Of a DNA stretch of 64,000 nt, positions 53,489 through 64,000 are shown piece by piece; the first letter of the stretch is position 1; every line of letters starts with the position of its first letter. A program made the position numbers and the translations under genes. The DNA is taken from the NCBI GenBank assembly GCA_964016885.1, contig OZ024752.1, positions 33,604,001 to 33,668,000 on the forward strand, read 5' to 3'. Under the pieces are notes generated by a model, which was not told the DNA's origin, ran no database searches, and saw nothing but the letters and a program-made list of their open reading frames with translations. Origin of the DNA: Eledone cirrhosa. Taxonomy: Eukaryota.

Positions 53489-54676
53489 TTAGCATATATA
53501 TATATATATATATCTGTGCTGTACATATATTAGCAGGGAGAGGTGCAGTTTTTTTTTTGTTTTTTTTTTTTCTATCTCTGGCAGAAACCAATCTCCTTTA
53601 AAGATAAAAATAAAATAAAAAATAAAATGAAATAAAACACCAAAAACAAAATAAAGTAGTTGTTCTGGACTGTCTAACATGGTGGCATTATCATGCTGGA
53701 ATAAACTTATGAGAAATATTAGCACTGTACATATTCCCCCACCCCACTTCTCTTTTCACCAATTATTCTTCGATATCCCCACTTTTTGTTTTTCCTAATT
53801 TTTTTTTCTTTTTAGTTACTTGCGAAAATAAAATCTGTAATACGATGGTAACAATGTTTTTTTTTCTTCCTCCTCCATTTTATTCTGATGGTTTCAAGTT
53901 TTTTCAATAAAATTTTTTGAAAATTGGTTTTATATATTTTTATTTTTTAAATTTTTTTAATTTTATTTGCCTTTCATATTTTCGGGGATTTGGGGTTTCT
54001 AAAATAAGTCATAGAGTTGAAATAAGCAGCTGACTATAATATTCCTTAGTATTTCCACAGTAAAACCCACAATCAAATGACTAGCTGTTGAAACGGCAGG
54101 AGCTCAACCATTGGGGTCCCGAATTTTATATATGTGTATATATATATATATATATATTGTTATACTTGGGGAGGGTCATATTTGTGTAATATTGCCAGAA
54201 TTAATAACAGAACGCACTCACTGTTTGGTTGGTTTTCGCTTTTCGCTTCTGTGTCTTTTATATCGGCAATCTAATTTATTCGGTCCTCAATGTTGCCATT
54301 GACTGACCGACGGTCAAAAATAATACAGATACAATATAGACACAAACACATATATATAGTTTATCATAAATCTTTCGTTGCACATCTGCAACATCGTCAG
54401 TGGTGCTATTGTTTCCTCCCGTTACATTGTATGTCTACGCCATTTTTATTTAGTCTGTCTATATATTTATTTATTTATTTGCTTGTTTGTTTATTTTATT
54501 TTGTCTTCTTTGCGCATGCGTTTGCGTGTGTGTATAGTGTTTTGTTTGATGTGTGTTCGTGATTGGGTGACTAGTGTGTGTTTATATGTGTTTGTTGTTG
54601 TTGTGCTTGTGTATGTATTTATTTATTTATTTATTTATTTCATATAAAAAACCTCGCAAAACTAATTCATCGCCGT

Positions 54677-54707
<31 letters not shown>

Positions 54708-55604
54708 GTATATGTTTAAATTTGGTGGTTTACCACTGGGTAGAATTGGTCATTCTGCAATGTTAACCATTACGTAATTTGAGAAAGAGTTGTGGGAGGT
54801 GTGTCTCCTGATATGCCACTTGTGGTACAGATACAGCCAGTTGTGGGGTTGTCACTCTAGATGTGCCACTGGTACAGCCAGTCATTGGGGAGGGGGCACT
54901 CTAGACGTTTAACTGGCCATCATGACATTTCAGTGGGCTTTAGGAATGCTTAGCAGTGCCCTTTGTCATCTCCTCAGTGAGCTTCAGCAAAGGACCATGA
55001 TGAACGGAGAGATGCTGTGCTTAATAAGACCCGTCCCACCCTTGCAAGCAGGGAAAAGCGGACGTAAAATGATGATGATGATCTCCTTTCCAAGGCCATT
55101 ATAATTTGGTGGAGATTGGGGGTGAATTGTTTGGCCTTCATGTCATAGAAGTATCGATATGAGTAGTAGACCAATCATAATAACTTCCACAGGAAAGAAT
55201 AATGTTATAAACCACACAGTAAACTTCTCCACCCGACTCAACAGATTATCAGCAATGTAAGACAAGTGAAAATATTACAAAATATTACAGGTTGGGTAGT
55301 GAAATTATTAAAGCATCAAACCAAGTATATTGGGGGTATTTAAAACGGCTGTATCTGCCTAGAATTCTCTCACCTCTTTCTATTCAAACTGGCTGTAACC
55401 AGCCATTCATACCAATGTTGAGGTATTGTTCTCAAAATAAATGTCAAAATCACAAAGATTTGATGTTATGTGAGATAAAGCCTTTACTGTGAAAATGTAA
55501 TAGCGAATTTAGAGTAATGTAAATGCTAAAGGGTTAAGGAGTTTATGTCCCTTGACATGTAGAGATCAAATCCTGCTGAAGCCTGCCTTTTATCTGTTCA
55601 CGGT

Positions 55605-55870
55605 CTATAAACTACGTGTCAGGGAATAGGTGGGGATCAATGAAGAGTAGGTTGTACTCCAGAATGGCCACTGTCCAATTGCTGAAACCAATAAACTATG
55701 TACCAGGGAATGGGTGGGGATTAATGAACAGTATGCTGCTGTACTCCAGAATGGCCACTGTCCAATCACTGAAACCAATAAACTATGTATCAGGGAGTGG
55801 GTGGGGATTAATGAACAGTAGGCTGCTGTACTCCAGAATGGCCACAATCCAATCACTGAAACCAATAAAA
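55605..55870. repeat. 3 x 87-bp tandem repeat
   Basis: TACTCCAGAATGGCCA at 55655, 55742, 55829. Confidence 0.88.
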
Positions 55871-56954
55871 TAATAAAAGAACTCAATCGAAGCTGGACCA
55901 CAAACACTTATTTACAAATATCTTCTTCCTCCTCCTTTAGTAGACACCAGTTGTCACCTCATCAGTATGTGTGTGTATGTTAGGCTTTCTTATATATGGC
56001 AATGTTGCTTCTCTTCTGAAATAATACATCTTCTTCCTAGGATCCCAAGATGTAATAAATTATGTCAATATTCTATAATCTACCAAATAGTTTCCTCTTA
56101 TTTCAAAATCTCTTCTTGTATCATAAAATTGTTTTCATACAACAAACTGTTTGACAACTTTTCTGTTTTTTTATCATGATTTTTGTATATGTAGCTGTTG
56201 ATGTATATATATGTTTGTATATATGGAGGCACATGGCTTAGTGGTTAGAGCATTGGCCTTGCAATCGAAAGGTTGTGAGTTCAATTCTCAGACTGGCTGA
56301 TGTGTTGTTTCCTTGAGCAAGACACTTTATTTCACATTGCTCCAGTTTACTCAGCTGTAGAAATGAGATGATAGGGACTGGGGTCCCCATCATTCCACTG
56401 CAAAGTGGTCGTGGAGGTGCCACGGCAAAAAAGCACCCAGCCCACACTGTAAAGTGGATGTGTAGGCGCCACGGCAAAAAAGCACCCAGCACTCACTGTA
56501 AATGAGGTTGGTGTTAGGAAGGGCATCCAGCTGTAGAAATCGAGCCAGAATCAGTTCCCGTCCCACCCTTGCAAGCAGGGAAAAGCGGACGTAAAATGAT
56601 GATGATGATATATAGCTGTTGATGTATATATATGTTTGTATATGTAGCTGTTGATGTATATATATGTTTGTATATGTAGCTGTTGATGTATATATATGTT
56701 TGTATATGTAGCTGTTGATGTATATATATGTTTGTATATGTAGCTGTTGATGTATATATATGTTTGTATATGTAGCTGTTGATGTATATATATGTTTGTA
56801 TATGTAGCTGTTGATGTATATATATGTTTGTATATGTAGCTGTTGATGTATATATATGTTTGTATATGTAGCTTTTGATGTATATATATATATGTTTGTA
56901 TATGTAGCTGTTGATGTATATATATGTTTGTATATATAGCTGTTGATGTATATA

Positions 56955-58258
56955 CAGGGTGGGGCATAAAAACTGTTACAAAATAAAATGCAAATAGTTC
57001 TTGAAAAAAACATTTATTTCAAGATCTGACTTCAACAAATAGTAAGTAATATACTATTAAACAACTGCACAAAAATTTATTCGAAATGCTTTCCTCTAAC
57101 TCTCACCACCGCTGGAAGTCTTCTAGGAAAGTCTTCGATGACTGCACGAACAGTTTCCATGGGTATTTTCTTCCATACTTTATTCAGTTTTAATTTTAGA
57201 GTTTCAATATTTTGGCTAGGAGTAGAGCAGGTTTCACTCTCAAGAATTGACCATAAAGAAAAATCGAGAGGGTTGAGATCTAGTGATGTGGGAGGCCACT
57301 CTTCCTTACTGAACCATGCAGGACAATGGTCTCTACACCACTGTTGTGTTATGCAAGCAGTGTGGCTCGTTGCTCCATCTTGTTGGAGAGTCCAAATGTC
57401 ATCGCCATAAACAGATATGCACCATAGCATCAGTGCTCCTTCCAAAATATCCTTTATGTAAAGTTCTTTGTTAATTTTAACTCCTTGAAGCACAAAAATC
57501 AGAGGAGACTTACCTCTTTCAGAAATGGTTGCCCAAATCATCACTGATGCTGGTTTCTGTGTTCTGAACACTTTTCCTACACTTGAAGGAATTGATTTGA
57601 GACTTTTTGCAAGTACTCAATCATTTTAATGATTGTGAGACTGCTGCACAGTGAATAACTTCTCATCTGTAAAGATGATGTTTTGCAGCGTGCCATCCTT
57701 GATACGGTTCAATAACAGTTTACTTCTGGAGAGCCTCTTTTCAATTGTGGCTGCAGAAAGAAGCTCCCTCTTTTGGAACTTATAGGGTGACATCCCCAGA
57801 TCATTTCGATATATCCTCCGCATAGTTCTCGGCGATGTTTCTGCTTCTTCTGCCATTTTTCTCATGGACCTTCTTGGATTACGCCTTATTTTTTCCCTCA
57901 CACTTTTAACGAGTTTTGGTGTTCTTGAGGTGCGAGGGCGTCCTGATCGATGTCTGTCTTTGGTCGAGGAAGTTTCTTTAAATCGATCGATTGTCCTTTT
58001 GATCAACATTCTATTGATCTTAAGAATTTTCCCCAGTTTAAATATCTTGGGTGGAGTCAGGCCTTTTTCATGCTTCTCTATTATGAACTTTCTTTTCAAT
58101 TCTATGGACATTGCAAATTGTTAATGGCGTAATGTTCTGAAAAATAGTTAATATGGTTATAGTGCATGGATTTGATACAAATATATTGGTTATATTAGCA
58201 ACATAATGTATTTTTAAATTGATTTAAAACTTTGTAACAGGAATTATGCCCCACCCTG
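56955..58258 (-). mobile_element. Full-length Tc1/mariner transposon, DD37D (maT) type
   Basis: TA|CAGGGTGGGGCATAA...TTATGCCCCACCCTG|TA; 1304 bp. Confidence 0.95.
57077..58111 (-). pseudogene. DD37D transposase broken by two in-frame stops
   Basis: HTH region with SGRPR, IFTDE, QQDGA-37 aa-PLDFS; both ORF halves share a frame; NH*ND*V at ~57617-57628. Confidence 0.92.
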
Positions 58259-58697
58259 TATATGTTTGTATATATAGCTGTTGATGTATATATATGTTTG
58301 TATATATAGCTATTGATGTATACATATCTTTGTGTGTGCAGCTATTGCTATATATATATATATATATGTATGTAAAAGGTAAACAGAAATAACAGCATAA
58401 TTGGTACAGTATATGGAAGGGATATATTAGGTTAACGTTTCGGATGCTAGTCCTTCATCAGAAGAAAGAATGAGAAATAAGATAGATTAAAGGGATGGGC
58501 AGTGCAGAATCAGAAAAAAATAACAGGTCCATTTATGTTGACATCTCTTGGAAAACTGTTGATGCTGGCGTTTTGTTGAGGTATGATGTTTGTATGCCCA
58601 TGGATTGGTGTTCACTCCCAGTACATGACAAATTGGGAAAGTCATGTACTACATCCTCAGATTGACTGAGGTTTTATTAGTGGAACATGTGTGGATA

Positions 58698-58733
<36 letters not shown>

Positions 58734-58739
58734 ATAAAC

Positions 58740-59935
58740 TTAGGAAAATTAACAAAGAACAAAACAACAAACGAAAACAAGGCAAAACGAATTTATTGCT
58801 ATCATACCATGAGTTGATTTTATTGGTCTTTTTCTTAATTCTTTCTATGTTGTTCCAAAATTTTCTCCTATACATGGGGCAGATCCCATTCGCATTATTT
58901 TCTACAATCTTTGCCCATTTCGTCCTGGCTCCTTTATATACCCTGATCTTGTCTCTCTGATTGTAGCCAGAGAACTGCATGCGGTGGATGAAGTGTTGTA
59001 TGTGTCTCTCTAATCCTTTAGGATTGCACATGCAGGACATATTCCTCATCACTACTAAAGTTTTGGTGAATCAGGTATTTGGAGGTCACGGGGTTTGGCA
59101 TAATGCAAATGGAGGATTTGCGTTCTATTACTAATAGTTTCTAACCAGAGTTCTGTGTCTAGTACGGGTAATCTATGGTTGGGGTGTTTAGTTTTGTTGT
59201 CTGTGGTAACTTTAATACTCTGGTGGTTGGCGTTAGCTATTTGCTGGATGCTTTCCATGGTGTTCCTCTCTAATTACTGACTGTTCTCCTGTGAGGGTGT
59301 TTTCACTATGATGTTTATGTTATCTATGTAGTGGGAGTACATAGTCAGGGTTATAAACTTATCATCTAAGCATTCCTTAAGTTTTCTGTCCCACCATACC
59401 ATAAAGAGGTTAGCTATGTCACCCACAATGCTGACACCAATGGCTACCCCCCCCCTCTTGCTCATATTTTTTGCCAATAAACTTAAACACATGTTCCTTA
59501 AGGGTTAGTTTTAAACTGGCCCCCATTGCATAAGCAATCATTTTCTTTACTTCGTCAGAGGTGCGTATGGCTCTGGTCCACCCGCTCCATCTTTCTGTGT
59601 AGGTTCTCTTGGCAATTGAGGTAATGGTAGGTGATTTGCCTCTCCCTGGCTTTCTGGGACAGAGGCTGCTCAGGTCATATGTATCTAAGTAAGCCTTATT
59701 GTGTATATGTCTAAGTAGGAGTCTCAGCTCACAGGTATCAATCCCATGGAATTCTACATCACCCTTGCTGATCATCTCTCTAGATTTTTCCACAGCAAAA
59801 TCAACAATGATGGATGGCCATAGGGACACCACATCCATATTACCCATTGTGAAGGCTCTCGGGTCCATGGCAAAAATATTAGATTTTTTTGGTCTGTTTA
59901 TTTCTATTGTTTTCTCCACTTCCGGTTTTTCTAGT
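58740..59935 (-). mobile_element. Degenerate Penelope-like retroelement RT
   Basis: [46 protein letters not shown]...RLPVLDTELW, RMQFSGY spread over frameshifted ORFs. Confidence 0.85.
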
Positions 59936-60273
59936 GTGTGTGTATATATATATATGTATGTATATATATTTATATATATATGTGTGTGCATGTATATATC
60001 TATATATCTGTGGAAAATGGACGTTAAATGATGATATATATATATATGTGGATGATATATATATATGTGTATGTATATATATATATGTGTAAGTATATAT
60101 ATATATGTGTAAGTGTATATATATATATGTGTATGTATATATATATATGTGTATGTATATATATATATGTGTATGTATATATATATATACGTGTGTGTAT
60201 GTGTATATATACGTGTGTGTGTATATATATATGTGTATGTGTATATATATATGTGTGTGTGTGTATATATATA

Positions 60274-60304
<31 letters not shown>

Positions 60305-60479
60305 GTGAGTATATATATATATGTGTGTGTGTATATATATATATATATATGTGTGTATGTTTATATGTGTGTATGTATATATATATATGTGTGAGTATAT
60401 ATATATATGTGAGAGTATATATATATATATGTGTGTGTGTGTGTATATATTGAATATTGTGATGCATTTGCAACACTAA

Positions 60480-62190
60480 CTTCAGGAAACCTGCCAATCA
60501 CCAATAAGCTACCAATCAGGCGAGCACATAAGCCAGATTGACTTCTTGCTAGTTGGGCAACGAGACAGACAGATGGTTTCAAATACTCAAGCATACCCTG
60601 GGAAAGAATGTACCCTCCCAACATAGGTTAGTTGTTAGTGACATCTCAATAAGCAAGAGACAGAATGAGACACACAGGAAGGTCTGGAGCTAAAATACCT
60701 TTCACTTAAATATAAATTTAGGAAAGCCCTTTAAGATGTGTATGACGAGAAAGAAGACGAATTAGAGTTGTATGACATAGAAGATAACTGGAAGTTCTTA
60801 TGTGACAACCTACTACAAGCAACTGAAGAGACATGTGTCTGGAGCAAAGCTCCAACCAGACAAAGGGTAACTTGATGGTGGAACAGCACGGTAGATAGAG
60901 TCATTAAAGACAAAAGACAAGCATGGAAGGATTGGAAAAATGGGGGGGGGGGGGGGTAGAGACCGATACCCAGCCACTAAAAGAGAGGCTAGCCGTCGGG
61001 TTAGCACGCAGGGAAGCTGAGAGTAGGAGGTTTGCCAATGTTCTGCGACGAGAGGATCAGAGACGTGAGGTGCCCTGTATTGCAAGACAGTGTGTCAGTG
61101 TAAATCAGGATGTTGTTGGAGATCAGTGTGTCTGAAATGATGCTGGTGCACTTAGTGCCACAGATGCTCAGAAAAAGGAGGCCTGGAAATGTCATTATGA
61201 GAGACTGATGAATGTTGAGAATTAATGGGAGAGAGAAACTACCACCAACAGAGGGACCAGCTATTGGGATTGATGACTATAGGGTCAAAGAGGCAATTAA
61301 GGAGATGAAAAGTGGTAAGGCCACTGGACCGTTGCTGAGATGCTGAAGGCATCAGGAGAAGTAGGAACTAAACTGGTTGCATGTATAGTCAATCAATGTA
61401 TATATAGGCAGAGTCATACCCAAAGATTGGTGCAGCAGTATTCTTGTAAATTGCTACAAAGGTACTGGGGATGCTCTGGAGAATGGGACATAAAACTGAA
61501 GGATCAAGCTATGAAAGTGACTGAAAGAGTGCTAGCACAATTAATTAGAGAAAGAGTCAAATTAGATGAGATGCAGTTTGGTTTTGTGCCTGAGAAAAGC
61601 ACAACAGTTGCCTTCTTCTTAGTGAGACAACTATAAGAGAGGTTCTTAGAGAAGAATAAGCCACTATATTTAGCTTTTGTTGACCTAGAGAAGGCCTTTG
61701 ATAGAGTACCCCGATCTGTCATCTGGTGGTCCCTAAGGCAACTTGGTGTAGAGGAATGGCTTGTGAGGACAGTGCAAGCTATGTACAGAGGAGCTGTCAG
61801 TAAAGTGAGTGGAGGAATGGAGTTGAGTGAGGAATTCCAGATACAAATAGGAATTAATCAGGGTTTGGTCTTCAGCCCACTCTTATTCATTATAGTCCTC
61901 CAACCCATTACAGAGGAGTTTAAGACTGGCTGCCCATGGGAACTTTTCTATACTGACGATCTGGTACTTATAGCAGTATCAGTAGAGGAGATAGAGAATA
62001 TATTCCAGCTATGGAAACAGTAGTTGGAATCAAGAAAACTGAGAGTGAACCTAGCTAAGACTAAAGTGTTGATAAATAGGAAAGAGGACAAAACTCTAAT
62101 TCCATCAGGGAAATGGCGATGTTCGATATATAGAAAAGGAGTTGGCATAAACTCAATAGAATGTACACAATGCAGATCTTGAGTACACAG
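60480..62190 (+). mobile_element. Degenerate RTE-clade LINE, RT region
   Basis: LDEMQFGFVPEKSTT, LAFVDLEKAFDRVPR, GINQGLVFSPLLFIIV, ELFYTDDLVL; many stops. Confidence 0.92.
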
Positions 62191-62784
62191 GTAAATATAA
62201 AGGTATATGTATATATATACATGTATTGTAATTCTAAAATATTTCAAATCAATAAAAAATATCCGATAGCATGTTATGGAGAACAAATGTACAAACACGC
62301 TGCAGTATCGGTAGAGCGTCGGACACCATGCATTGCAGCATAGAGTTACGGCCCTTTATGATCTGAGTTCAAATTCCGCCGAGGTCAACTTTGCCTTTCA
62401 TCCTTACGAGGTTGATAAAATGAAGTACCAGTAATACACTGGATTAATTGCTGGCCTTGTGCCAAAAGTAGAAACAATTATTATTTATTAAAATGTTTCA
62501 TATTTAAGTGGTTGTAAACAAACGTGTGCGTGTCTGTTTGTAAGATGCGTGTGTGCAAATTTCTTTCTATATTTTACAGTCAAAGGGAAACAACTAAATA
62601 AATTCTAGTAAAAAATGTGTTATCTGGTCCATCACTGCTATTTCTAGCGTGGTTATGACTGTTCTTCGATTTTTGCACATCTTTGGGAATTTAGTTCTTG
62701 TTTATATATATATATACATGTATATATATATATATAAGTGTGTGTGTGTTTATATATATATACATGTATATGCGTGTGTGTGTG

Positions 62785-64000
62785 TATCATAATCATCATC
62801 GTTTAACGTCCATCTTCCACGCTAGCATAGGTTTGGACGGGAATTTTCCCACTTGAGGCAAGATTGGTTGTCTTGCTCGCATAGGACTGTCTGGCGGGTT
62901 TCTACGGCTGGATGCCCTTCCTAACACCAACCACATTTACAGTGTGGAACTGGGAGGTTTTTACCGTGTTACCTACACGGCCACATTACAGCGTGGACTG
63001 TGTGTTTTTTTTTGTCGTGACACTTACACGACCTCATTTGTTTCGGTCTGGATGTTCTGGTACCAACATAACTTTAAAGGGGTGGTGTGGATGAGGTGGG
63101 GGTAGTGGAACGGGGGTGTATTTTTGTTTGAGGTGCCTACTGACTGTAGGTTTTGCTTTGTACTTAGACAAGGCGGGTCTTCTGTATTACTGTGTAGCGC
63201 CAAAGGTCTCGGTCCAGTGACATTGTCTTGGAGAGGTGTAAGTGTGTGAGGTCGGAATTTATCAAGTCGTCCCAGGTTTTTCTTGGTCTGCCTACTCCGT
63301 GGCTACCGTCTATTTTTATCGCCCTGCACTTTTTTATACAGCTGTCGTCTTTCATGCGCATCACGTGACCGTACCAACGTAGCCTTCTCTCGACTAAACA
63401 ACATCTGATCCCTCTTATTCCTAATTTCTCCCTTAGTTCGTTTATGCTTTGCCGTTCACGTATATTACTATTACACATCCAGCGGAGCATGCAAGCTTCG
63501 TTCCTCTCCAGTCTGCGTATATCCTCTGCACACAATGCCCAGGTCTCACTGCCATGCAACATTGTTATTCGTATGCAGGCATCATACAGCCTGCCTTTCA
63601 TTTTTGTGTGTATATATATCATCATCATCATCATCATCATCAACGTTTAACGTCCCGTGTTCCACGCTTGCATGGGTTTGGACGGGGGTAGTCCCACTTG
63701 AGGCAAGAGTGATTGTCTTGCTCGCATAGGACTGTCTGGCAGGTTTTCTACAGTTGGATGCCCTTCCTAACACCAACCACATTTACAGTGTGGGTCTGGG
63801 AGGTTTTTACCGTGTTGCCTACACGGCCACATTACAGCGTGGACTGTGTGTTTTTTTGTCGTGACACCTACACGATCTCATTTGTTTCGGCCTGGATGGC
63901 GCGGCACCAACATAACTTTACATAGAACGGGGTGGTGTGGATGGGGTGGGGGTGGTGGTGGTGGGACGGGGTGTATTTTGTTAGAGATGCCTACTGGCTG
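62785..64000 (-). mobile_element. RTE LINE 3' fragments (62785-63605 and 63620-64000)
   Basis: KGRLYDACIRITMLHGSETW...RLRWYGHVMRM...GRPRKTW; duplicated 3' UTR ending in (GAT)n. Confidence 0.9.

Larger units (their letters stand above)
56183..58350. repeat. 32-bp minisatellite hosting a SINE and a transposon
   Basis: TATGTAGCTGTTGATGTATATATATGTTTGTA at 56183-56224, 56610-56954, 58259-58350. Confidence 0.9.

Noticed and set aside
54200-54430. Locally CpG-richer patch as a promoter or first exon of another gene
   Set aside because: No ORF, splice pattern or motif support visible

Overview
AT-rich, microsatellite-dense animal genomic DNA. The tRNA-headed SINEs, RTE LINEs with (CAT)n tails and abundant (TA)n suggest an octopod cephalopod (inference). 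The window holds the 3' part of one plus-strand gene, a RanBP9/RanBP10 (RanBPM, CTLH/GID complex scaffold) orthologue. I rebuilt it by hand as 9 coding exons (1746-47568; 1454 nt, open frame throughout), including a 23-nt microexon and a junction that keeps frame only with a non-canonical GC donor. The 5' exons lie upstream of the window. The rest is transposon and repeat DNA: three SINE families, RTE and Penelope-like retroelement relics, a near-intact DD37D (maT) Tc1/mariner transposon, piggyBac/hAT/mariner non-autonomous elements, many minisatellites and a 6.6-kb 80-bp intronic satellite with higher-order structure. The most unusual signal is a cluster of fold-back (inverted) Penelope-like termini in the 21-kb intron. 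They carry type-I hammerhead ribozyme motifs with enlarged stem II on the gene's sense strand, each preceded by its own antisense copy. No prokaryotic systems, CRISPR arrays or true tRNA/rRNA genes are seen.
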